Positions 1 through 11,700 of a DNA stretch of 64,000 nucleotides are shown here, piece by piece. Made by a program: the position numbers and the translations under genes. Each line of letters begins with the position of its first letter. The first letter of the stretch is position 1. Source of the DNA: Phoronis australis (lineage: Eukaryota; Animalia; Phoronida); the NCBI GenBank assembly GCA_002633005.1, contig NMRA01000702.1, positions 109,949-173,948 of the forward strand, read 5' to 3'. Under the pieces are notes generated by a model. It saw only the letters and a program-made list of their open reading frames with translations. It had not been told where the DNA came from and made no database searches.

Positions 1-384
1 AACTTTTAAACCCAGACATGGGCACAGATGCCCAGAGGGCCGCTTTTCCATATGCATGTAGGTGGCGCTGTGACATAGAATAACAATTACACTGCGAACA
101 CTTGCGTGCTCTCCCCAAGCTCGCAAGTGTAACCTCAACGCACAGTTGTATAAACCCAGGTATGAGCAGATTTACAGTATATTTTTAATATGTAATTACC
201 CCAACCTCGTGCTCCGCCGAAGCGCCGCCTTTGGAGGTTAAACCTAACAAGATACCCTTCAATGATTTAGTTGAGTATAAAATAACGCCTTATTTTACTA
301 TTTATATTAGAAAATTAATGGCGTGAGTTTCTGTTTTTAACAGAACAATACATTAATAACTACAAACATACAAGCATCGACAAC

Positions 385-1707
385 ATAAACCCTATTCACG
401 CCGACAGGAGGCACGTTCCAAAACGAGGCTCGCTACGATAGCTCTGGTGGCTTATCCGCGTAGTTGTACTCGCGTTGCTCGAACAGCTAGAAAAAATACG
501 GACACTCAACTGTCTGTTTTACAATCCGTAAGGACATTGGGATTCCGAAGCGTTGTTTCCTTGCCATACGCCCCGACGAAGGAAAATATGTCCGTGTAAA
601 ATTTATAACTGTTTTCGAATCATAATTTGTCGCATCTCGGATGCCACCATAGCAACGAGGACAGGAGAATCTTCGGCCAGCCAGGCTGTGTTTTCATGAC
701 TATGAGTTGAAGCGTGATACATTTTTCTTTACAAAAAGGACAGGGACCTCAATCCCTCAATTTTGGGGCCAAATATCGGCCCTATTCCCCTCTCAAAAAT
801 ATTGAAAAATCACGCGAAATTCCCGGTCCCACGAGGCCTAAAAATTCCCTTAGTGATTGAAAATTTCTCTCCAACGGTTCAAATCATCTGTGACCACAGA
901 GGTGACAATTTGAAAAAGTACAAAATCATAGGCGGATTTAGGGGGGGAGGGGGGGGCGAGCCCTGCCTCCCCCCCCCCCTTGACTGCCGCAAGCAAAATA
1001 AACGTGAAGAGGGAGGACCATACTGAGTTCGAGCTAGGACCGGTAGCTAAACGAGGGGGGAAAACACGTTCCGTTTTTTTTTTAGTCCAACAGCAGATTT
1101 CCTGCGAGCCTGCTTTTTTATCGTGATCAAAATATATGTTTAATAACATCAAGTATTATTTCAGATCAATGACAAATCAACTGTTAATCCCGGTAGTGCC
1201 CACCTCACCAGGATCTAGGCTATGCTTGAAGCTAATAGGCCTACTCTTGATCAACAAATTAAACCAGATGTGACTAATTGCACATGACAACAAAATACTA
1301 TGAGCCACCACTTTAGAATATATCTTCAACAATACGACCAGATGACCTGGTTCGTGTAGAAAGCATTTTTATCAGCAATTTATTAGAAGAAGCGTAACCC
1401 TGCATTCACCATGATTCCTAATCCGTAACACTACGATCGCCACAATTTGGTCATGTTTACTTTTCATGTTTCGAACCTAGTTTTCCGTAAAAAATACTTA
1501 TATCCTTTCGTCAGACAGCATTGACTTGTTCTTTAACTGTATTTTTCTACGTCTCTGTGGTTAATTATTGACACATTTCTTAAGATTTAATATTCAGGTT
1601 GGACTCCAAAGACCGGCCATTTAACTCACGCAATGTAAATTTCCGCTTTGTTTATCGCAGTGAGCCTCGCTTTGGATTTTAAAGTCCGCCGCTTGAATTG
1701 GGTCTAT
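385..1707. mobile_element. Non-autonomous TIR DNA element (ATAGACC-type ends, ISL2EU/Harbinger-like) with nested GC-rich MITE
   Basis: ATAAACCCTATTCACG at 385 and TTGAATTGGGTCTAT ending 1707 are inverted; left ~320 bp recurs at ~21875-22200. Confidence 0.55.
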
Positions 1708-2072
1708 GGGGTCTATTTCAATGAAAAGTGACTTACGTCAGGCATTTGGTCTTACGCACCACACAATTATTTCTGGAGAATAATTAAATCACACTATAGC
1801 AAAAATTCGAAGGCTCTAAGAATATACTCATAATTGCAAGTTACTGAAAGGATTTTTATAGATTATTTCTAGAATGTGACACTCTCATAAGTACTTGGCT
1901 AAACCTTTATTCAGTAACTGCGAAGTAAGACTAAATTATGCTTCAAGAGTGACGTCATCTTTCATGGAGCAGACTCCTGAGCACTAGGAATTCGTGTTCA
2001 GTGTTTGTTGTAGATCGTCAAACGATTTGCACAGGCGCATCACTATACAACTCTAGTTACTGCAAAGTAAAA

Positions 2073-2424
2073 CAGGGTGTCCCAAAAATGTAATCGCATT
2101 GCCGCATAATTCAATTCCCGTGGACTAGACTTTGAGCCAATGTCCGACTACACCTTGCTAAGAAAGTTGTCGTGTGACTGTCGTTTGCTCTGTATGCAAG
2201 TCAATGGCAAACTGCTCAGTTTTGGAGAACGAAATGCTACTGAAAACTCAAACACGTCAAGAATGTGCAGATGCAATTAATTACCTTCCCAAGTTAATGC
2301 ATTTGTTTCGCTTTAAAGAATTTTACTCACCTCTTCATGAAGTTATACCAGCAGACTGAGGTTGTTCCTAATACACAACCCATTTACTGGCATATGACGT
2401 CTGGTTACACTTTGGGACACCCTG
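2073..2424. mobile_element. Tc1/mariner-type MITE
   Basis: TIRs CAGGGTGTCCCAAAA ... TTTGGGACACCCTG followed by TA. Confidence 0.7.
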
Positions 2425-2485
2425 TATTTGACTACCTAGCAGAGATGACTTTTACAACCTTTTAGTTGAACTAGCGATATGACCT

Positions 2486-2731
2486 TCAGAATACCAGTGA
2501 TGCATTTGAAATGGCTAAAAGCACGACAGACACCACAAAAAGAAACCGGTCTATAACTGCCAACACGGTGCGCCATGTATGGCCGTGATAAGATGATTTT
2601 GAAGTAACGATCTGTAGCGAAGAGCCTTCTTCTACGGTGGCGTCGTCCATTTCTGATAGTTCGTCGTCCTCGCCATTCTCGTGTTTTGTCTCCGTGCAAA
2701 TGCACAAAATTTTGGAACGGAATCCAATGTG
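2486..2731 (-). CDS. Gene A exon 9 (cytoplasmic loop, M4, stop)
   Basis: tttcag|HIGFRSKILCIC...HTWRTVLAVIDRFLFVVSVVLLAISNASLVF*. Confidence 0.9.
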   Translation of the reverse strand, partial: HIGFRSKILCICTETKHENGEDDELSEMDDATVEEGSSLQIVTSKSSYHGHTWRTVLAVIDRFLFVVSVVLLAISNASLVF

Positions 2732-5700
2732 CTGAAACAAAAGTTGAGTTGAGTTCTGTTGGTGCATCTGCTTGACAATTCAAATCAGACTCCGTGGTAC
2801 AGGACATAAGGTATAAGGTATAAAACCTCAATCTAATTTAAGATCGTCACAGGACCGGTTAAAAGGAATATATTGCCTAGCAACAAGACAACACCAATCA
2901 ACACTCAATGAAATTGTTATGTGTAAGACAGATATGAAATTTTGGTGCTATGAGACCTCAAGTACTTTTCATAGGCGAAGGAAGCAGAGGTCTGGGGGGC
3001 GGGGGGTGCATTTGCCCCTTCTCGTGAAGATGGAAGCAGGACCGCCCTCACCCCCCACTACTAAACAGGGATGTAGGGGATGTAAAAAGGGACCGGCAGT
3101 CGAGAAACAGAAGTCACACCAAAGCTGGATTTGCCCTTTGGGGGAAGTAAGACATTTTTATTGGGACGTTCCAGTTTGTAGTATGTTTTGCATAATTAAG
3201 TTCATATGAAAACGTACTCATACATATACGTACTTCAAAAGAGGCCGAGAAAAAAATTGTGAATCACAGATATTCCAGAGCAAATTGATTCAGATAAAGT
3301 CATCGGTGGTTCACTTTTACCGTTTTTGATATCATGTTATTTGATATAAATGCCAGATCTTGAAGTGGGCCCGCTAACTGCATCCAGGACTACCATTCCC
3401 TCAACGTTTTAATCTAAATGTTTTGTATAAGGGGCCAGTCACGGAGGGGAATCCAATATGGTGGAATGATTTGCTTCGTTTCCTGCAGTTCTCGGAAAAT
3501 AAACCGTTTTGAAGGAAAGTAGCCTTTAAAATGTCACCCACATATCTCGTTGATGTGCTTTGGGGGTCACTGTACAAGGTTAGTGTTTCATATTTCTTCC
3601 TCCACCTTGAATGATTTGTAAAAGAATATGATTCGTATTGTGAATCTCCCGGATGTGATGAAAGAACGCCTCTACCAATAGGGAGTCACATCAGCTTACC
3701 TTACGCAGACATTGAGGTAGCAGCTTGCGAGATCTGTCACTGTGCCACAAAGTATGTAAAACTGATGTTGCAGTTAAGCCAATCACCAGGATAACGAAAT
3801 TCAACTCGCAAAGCTTGGCTGAAACACAATGAATGGAAATGAAACTCTCACCTTTCACAGTCCTACATCTTAATTAGACGATAGATGACCTGTCCCGGTG
3901 GAATGCAGATTTAGGGTGAACAAGGGGGGGAGGCGGCGGTGGAATGNAAACCTTTGTTCAGGATCGTGGTGTGGTTCATGTTCTTGTTCGTGCTTTGGTT
4001 TTCATGTTCTCGCTCGTCTTCTGGTCCATGTTCTTGTTCATGTTTTGGTTCAAGTTCTGGTCCATGTTCTTGTTCATGTTTTGGTTCAAGTTCTGGTCCA
4101 TGTTCTTGTTCATGTTTTGGTTAATGCTATAGTTCGTGTTCTGGTTCATGTTCTTGTTCATATTTTGGTTTATGTTCTGGTTCGCGTTCAAGTCCATGTT
4201 CTTGTTCATGTTTTGGTTAGTGTTATAGTTCGTGTTCTGGTTCATGTTTTGGTTTATGTTCTGGTTTGTATTCTGGTTCGTGTTCTTCATGTTTTCGTAC
4301 ATGTTTAGGTGTGTGTACTGGTTCATATTCCGGTTCGTGTACTGCTTCATGTTCAGCTTCGTGTTTTGATTCGTGTTCTGCGGAGAACGGTTGTTTTTTA
4401 ATACCGCGAAGTACCACACCTAAAGACGTCGTGGCGTGGAGTGAGTTAAATAAAAAGATTAACCACGACGCCGTCAATGTGATTCAATACAGTTTGAAGT
4501 TTACGATTTACTTAATTACTTTGCCATTATCATGGGCGAATTGGGCAAAAAGTTTCGCCTCAGTGAAACAAAAACTCCGAGTAAACGAAACAAAAGGTCC
4601 ACAATGTCCACAGGAATTCGGCGCGGATGCACAATTCGTAGGCCTGAACCTATAGTGGCTCCGTTTTCTTACTCCTCGTTAAGTTTTTTTCAGTAAAAGG
4701 ACCGAATATCGAAAAATTCGAGCCCCCCCCCTATATTTTAGGCTGAGTGCACGCATGGTTATTCACGAAGTTATCATTTAGCTGTCGTATCTCGGCTTCC
4801 CTAACCATCTGACATCGGATTATTGGGGTCAACAAACATAGTCGATTCTGGTCTATGTGTTTTGGAAATCGAGTCGGTGATGAAGTGTTGGGGTTTTTTT
4901 TAAAAAGAGAAAATTAATACGCCTAAGACGAGCAAACTTTGCTTACCCTCGTTCACGTGCCATTGTGCAGCTTTTCAAAAAAATTGGTACCTAGGCTGAA
5001 ATTGACGTGGGCTTGTTTGTGTTTTTAGCTCAGAGAACACCAAAATGAGTGGGAGTAACGACAAAATCAACCTTTCCATTTTGGTCAGTAGCGGTAGCAA
5101 GGAATTCATTCCAATAATTGACGGAATTGTTTTTCTTTGCTCATACGGTAAATTGGCATAATTTTTTAACTTGAAATTGCAAAATCTTGTGGTGCTCACT
5201 TTTAAAGGTCCAAGTGTTAGTACAAAACACGGCACTTTGCTTCAAAAACTTTGAGATCCCGATGCCGATCCACGAGTGTCAACACGTATGGGATCAGTAG
5301 ATTCTGACTGATACCTTCAAGAAGTGGAAAACAAAAGTTATATTTACCTGTGCTGTGACTTGGGGACTTAACAAGGACCAGAGTTAGACACACCAATATG
5401 GCCGAACCTGACGGAAAGAATAATAATCAACTAGTTGGTTAAATATGACAAACTCAAGTAACCACCACAACGACGTGAAGTAGGTTTTGCCCACGACGAT
5501 ATCTCCAAGTGCAACATTAAAGCATATAATTATGGTATATCTCCTAGGCGGCAAGTGGCGGCATCCTGGGTCAGTGATTTGGTTTCCAGGAAAAACAGGT
5601 ATTTTCCATGAGACATTATAACGGGGTGCTTTCTTCTATAAAATGAGCTTCCCGTCACTTTATAAAACCTCCTCGATGTAAAAACATTGACTATGTTATT

Positions 5701-8700
5701 TCCCATTTCTATGGATTTGCACTCACAGTGCGTGTACATACAGGCTCCGAAATCATGAACAAAATCAGCCAAGAGTGTCACTGCTGTTCGCCGGCAGATG
5801 GCGCATGTGTTACTACTATTCCATTGCATACATAGGGTGTCACAGCTTAAAGCAGGGATAGATTGAGGGGGGGCAAGGGGGCCATGCCCCTGGATTTAAC
5901 CCTGTGAAAGGGCCACACGCAGTTTTCGAATGTTTGCGTAAACCCTAAAAACGACATGTCAGCAGCGTTTGTTTCGTCCGTTAGTGTATGCAGGGGCTTC
6001 GGTGTCCCTTCCAGCTAAAAATACTTATGATATTCAAAGGCACATTAGCGGATTTACCGCCGAATAACGCATTTTGGAGATTGTTGGAACACACTTCTTA
6101 ACGTTATTAGCTATGAACATAGCTATGAAACAATAAAGTTCATTTCAGCTTTGTGCGTTTAACAAAAATCAACAATTGTCGCCAATATTTGCCGTACATT
6201 CGCTGAAATTGAGACCGGTGACTTTATAGGTTAAATACGCTTAAAATACTCTGCCATTTAGCGAGGGTGGTTTTAACATCACTCAGAGAGTGTTTTATTG
6301 AGAACCCTGGGGGTACAGGTTACATTGATTTCACGCTCAGGCAGATCTCGAAAAAATCTCGTTTCTCGCCGATAATGTCCTTCCAAGTATGGTGGTCAGA
6401 ATTGACTGCAATGTTAGTTTTCTGCACGAGGTAAATGCTCTCACCTAGAATTAATTTCGCGTTTGTTTCAAACGGTAGCAGAAATATCATGGGTATAAGC
6501 AGTACAGCACCAATGTTGAAGATAAACATTTCAGACAGCAACACCTTCACGTTGATAAGACTATCGAGCGAGTACCCAGCAAATGGGTTGTATTCTTCAC
6601 GATGCATGTTCATGTAGAATATGATGTCTGGGAAAGGCTGTTGACAGCACGGGTACTTTTTGATGTTCAGCACTGCGGTAGCGTTTTCAATGAACCACTC
6701 GTATTTAGACTTCGGAATGTAGTCCGACAGATCCACATGACCGCCATCGGTCCCTTCAAAGTGGCTCAGCGCAACCTGCAAAGGATTTAAGAATTTGTTT
6801 GCCTTAGAGGATGAGAACAATCTGGGGTGCGTTCAGTTGAACTAAGGTCTCGCAAATTTGGTGTGATCACTTTAAACCAGACAATTGTTTCGCGAGTAAG
6901 CTGGCAACCTTATTAACGTGTACTAGCACACTTCGTGGAGCGTTGAAATGCGCCCACGAATGCATTGCAAATGGTGTGCTTTTAGGATTCTTTATTTGTA
7001 TCATAAAAATGGAAACTAGATGGCGCAAAAACATACAATCCATCCAAAAACAGGAACATGCCATATTTCATAAAAATCTGTCAAGGAACTTCAGAGAAAC
7101 AAAGGAAAACAGAATAAAATAAAATTGCCACTAGTGGGCACAGTTTCCGTTGGGTCCGCCTGAAAGTGGTCGTCGTCTGTTGTTATCTTCATATAAATAC
7201 ACTTACTAACTTTAGTAAAGATCCTGCAGTGGGTTTAAGAGATACAACTATGGGCGCAAAGCAAAACTACCACTAGGAGGCGCCACAGTAATCAGTCACC
7301 ATCATCAAAGGTCGTCTTCACTGAGATCATATATGCTAATTTTCAAATGATTTGTTTGATACAGGGATGGACACCAAAAACAAGATTTGAAAACGGCAAA
7401 AGTGGCCACTAGGTGGTACAAAATACCTCGATTCTATCCAAAAACAGGCAGATAGCATCATCACACCAATAGATGCCTATATTTAAAATTTTATGAAAAT
7501 CTGTTGAGGACCTTTGAAGACACTGAGTTAAACGTAAAAAACTAAAATTGACATTAGAGGGCACAGTAGTAGTCAGATCTGTCTGAAAGTCGTCGTCATC
7601 CGTAGTCAACATCACATAAATACAATTGCTAAATTAAGTAAAGATTCAGCGAACGGTTTAGGAGATACAACCATAGGGGCAACAACAACAAAACTGCCAC
7701 TAGGAGACGCCACAGTAGTTGAAATCGTCGGAAAATCATCGTCAACCGTCCTCTTTATAGTAAGCGCATATATGCCAATTTCCACAATCACCCTTTGAGC
7801 GATTTGGTTAACAGAGGTGTGGACGCAAAAAAGAGACTCGAAAACAGTAAAAATGGCCAATAGGTGGCGCAAACTACGTCGAATCCATCCGAAAACGGGA
7901 AGATAGTGTCATCTCACTCAAAGGTGCCTACATATTAAATTTCATGAAAATCCGTTTAGGATTTTTGAAGATACAAAGGTGAACGTAAAAAAATAAAATT
8001 GCCACTAGGGGGCACACCAGTAGTCGGATCCGTCCGAAAGTCGTCTTGCTCCGTTGCTAACATCATATAAATATACTTACTAAATTTTGTAAAGATTCTG
8101 CGAACGGTTTAGGAGATACAGCCATATGCGCAAACAAAACAAAAATGCCACTAAGAGGAGCCACAGTAGTCGAAATCGTCGGAAAATCATCATCAACCGT
8201 CCTCTTCATAGTAAGCAAATACATGCCAATTTTCCCAATCATCCTTTGAGCGGTTTGGTTGATAGAGGGTCGGACGCAAAAAACAGACTCGAAAACAGTA
8301 AAAATGGCCTCCAGGTGGCGCAAACTGCGTCGAATCCATCGAAAAACGAGGGGATAGCGTCATCTCACTAATAGGTGCCTACATACCAAAATTTCATGAA
8401 AATCCGTTCAGGACTTTTAAAGATACAAACGTAAGCGTAAAAAACTAAAATTGCCACTAGGGGGCACACCGGTAGTCGGATCCGTCCGAAAGTTCGCTGA
8501 TGCCGTCCCATTCATGAATGGAACATTTTTGCTAAATTTCATGAACGGACGCCGCCCGGACGGACGAACGGAGATGACGGCATAAATATGTGGGCGCATA
8601 AAAATGGCTAAATTGATTGGTCATCGAGGCTTTAATGTTAAACTACCGGAGAAATTTCACTGCGCACTTTTCAACAAGCTAAGATTGTCTTGGATCGCCA

Positions 8701-11700
8701 TTTTCACGAAAACATGTCCCTTTAACTACAAATTTATAGTGTTTGGGCTTTCTCCGTCAGATTTTCCACCAGTTGATCAAGAGAAAATTTTAGGGTCACT
8801 CAACTGAAGCGATTATTGAAAAATTATTTGAAAGTGCTGAAATGCGCCCACGATTGGGGAGCAAACAGTATGCTTCTAGAGCTGTATTAGTATTGAAAAA
8901 TGGCACAGAATATGTCAAACCCGTCTAAAAGTGAAGATGGCATCGTCGTCTCCTCATGTTAATAAGAACCGTTTTTGCCAAATATAATGAAAATCCGTCC
9001 AGTATTTCGAAAGATATATCGGCAATTGTAAAAGGCCATCAGGGGCACATCGGTAGTCAGATCCGTCCAAAAGAAGTCAGCTGACGCCACATTCATGTCA
9101 ATACGCTTGACTCGTAAATTATACACATGGCCACTGGGTAGAGTTGAATAGGTCAAATCCGTTGGAAATGGCAACTTGACGTGGTCTCTTTAATAAAAAC
9201 CTATTTCCAAAATTCCATGAGAAATCGTCATGGGACTGAAGATTCAGAGGCAAATGTGAAGTATTAAAATTGCCATTAGGGCCGGCAATATCCGAAGGTC
9301 GGTTTTGGTGTTCTCATCGGGAAAGCAATGCCAATTTTCATAATTGTCCTTCGACCGGTTTTCATACAAACAGACGGACACCAAAAATGGACGCCTAAAC
9401 AATGAAAATGGCAGTACGGAAATGGAAGCCGTCGTCGTCGGCCTACTAACAAGCTATTTGCCAAATTTTATGAAAATGCGCCTATAGTTGAATTTCCGGT
9501 GTGGTAGTCGGATCCCTCCAAAAGTCGTTGCCATCCGTCGTCAACTCCATAGGAACAAATCAGCCAACTTTTTATGAATTTCCTCCACGCGGTTTTGGAG
9601 ATACAGCAGTGGACATCGAATCACCCTTGCAGTGTGCAATCACATGGGTTTTGGGCTTAAACTTGACATGCTAAAAGAGTGTCGTTTAGGTGTGATAGCT
9701 TTCGGAAAACTGGATGGTGATTAAAATTCGTTTTTGTAAATTTTTCAATTAAAATGAAACACAAAACTAAATTAACACAATGGTTCGAGACTCGACTTTT
9801 AAGAACAATGCTTCCGTGAAACGCTTTGATTTACTCACTCTCAGTCCATCGTATACCCACGAGCCAAATCTCAAAGGACAAACTTGGTCGTTGTACGGCT
9901 TGCCGTCGGAACTCTTGTTTATCTTGCAGTGAGATCGTAATGTCATTCTGGGTATATAAGCTACACTCCCGTCGAACAGCACTAACGCGTTCAGATCAGG
10001 ATCAACATTATCCACATGGTCGACGCTGAAAAAGAATTACGTCATGTCTCTTAGCTCATCTTTCTGATACTCAAAGTACTTTATGTTCGCTGGTTGCACA
10101 AGTACAAAAGACGTGGGCGTTCACAGTTGTAACCAGTCGTACATGTAGTTTGATGTCACAATATGTTCCACAGTTGTAACCAGCTCTCCCGTATTGAATT
10201 AAAATGATTTGATGACAATTATCAACATACTCAAAAACATCATTACCATGATTATAATAATATTATTATCATTGCCATAGTCAGTGTTATTTTTATTGTA
10301 CATTATAGTTATTATTACATGAAAGGTATACCAAAAACAAAGAGGATTATAGTTCATATTATACGTATACGAAAACATTTTTAAATTTAACTTCACCAAC
10401 AGTCAGAGACGTAGATAGAAGTATTCAACAGGGGGACTAAACGCAAAAATCTTTGGCGAACGGTGGGCCACAATTGAAACCTGTTTCGACCGAGGGAAAT
10501 GCCTTTTTTCCCATGAACAGACATTAACCCAATTGCGCCCTCTCTTGGCTACGTCAATACCAACAGAAATTAGTGTGTTCACAGCGAATATTTAGTACAG
10601 ACAATTTTCGCATCGCAGTAAATGTTCCTTAGCGTCATTTCTGATTCAGTGGTACCTCTCGACTGCGATATTTTCTGAAACACACAGTGAACAATTTCTG
10701 AAAGACATAGTTGAAATTTTGAGACTGTAGTATGAGCTCGTATCTACATATTGAGTAGGCAGAATTAAAAATTGTTACTCATTTTTAACCCAATATTCAC
10801 TGAGAACTGGAACCAGTCCCAAGCTCCTAGACAGTGATCCCGCGTCTCTGATTGGACCATACCAATGCGCGGGGTCCGATGTTCGATTGATACCTGTTAT
10901 ACAACTTAATGTCTGGCGTCCACAACTTATGGGCGGCTACTGTCAGATAATGGACTCCTCCATGCTCGGATGGGTTCCATCGCAGGGAAACGTCTTTCCA
11001 TGCCTGAAGGAGATATTGACACAGTACAGAAAATCAAGAAGTATTAAAAGGTTCAATATCATTAGCTTTACTCGTGTACGGTATTGTATTCAACAGCAGC
11101 CTGTCCGATATTAGCCTAGTGATGTGACCATTAAGCGGACAGTTGGTGCCCGATATTAGCGTAGTGATGTGACCATTAAGCGGACAGTTGGTGCCCTGTT
11201 GACTTTGTTCATGGATACTGCCTCCTAGGTAGTGGCCTGACTATGTTCATTATTTTAATAATGAACATTTGTAGTCAGTCAGGCTATTAAAATAACATTA
11301 TTATCTATTTTAAGGACCTTTTATCCCCAAGCACTTGCTTCTGTCAGAACATTGCAGTTACACAGGGAATATTGTTTGCTAATTTTAAAGCGACAAGTAT
11401 CCAACAACGTCAGTGGGTGGGTCTTCTTTTCGGCGTCTTATTCTGTATTCCTAGGGTCTATAGAATGGATTTGGACGGAACTGTCGGTCGGTATAACCAC
11501 CAACTTCACGGGTTTACTGTTGTACATTCCTTAGACAGAGGACTACCCCCCTCTCCCCTGTTCTGTTCATTACCCAATTACAACAGCGTTTGATAACTTC
11601 TGTGCCATCTTTGACAATCTTGAGGCATGTTTAAAAAGTTCCCGGTCATGTTCGAAAACGGAGCCTCTTCGAAGCAACTCATGATCAACTTTATCTACTT

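Noticed and set aside
3976-4419. 147-aa Asn/Met/Gln-rich ORF and Val/His- or Cys/Ser-rich ORFs in other frames
   Set aside because: Translations of a 12-bp minisatellite inside intron 7; no splice or domain support
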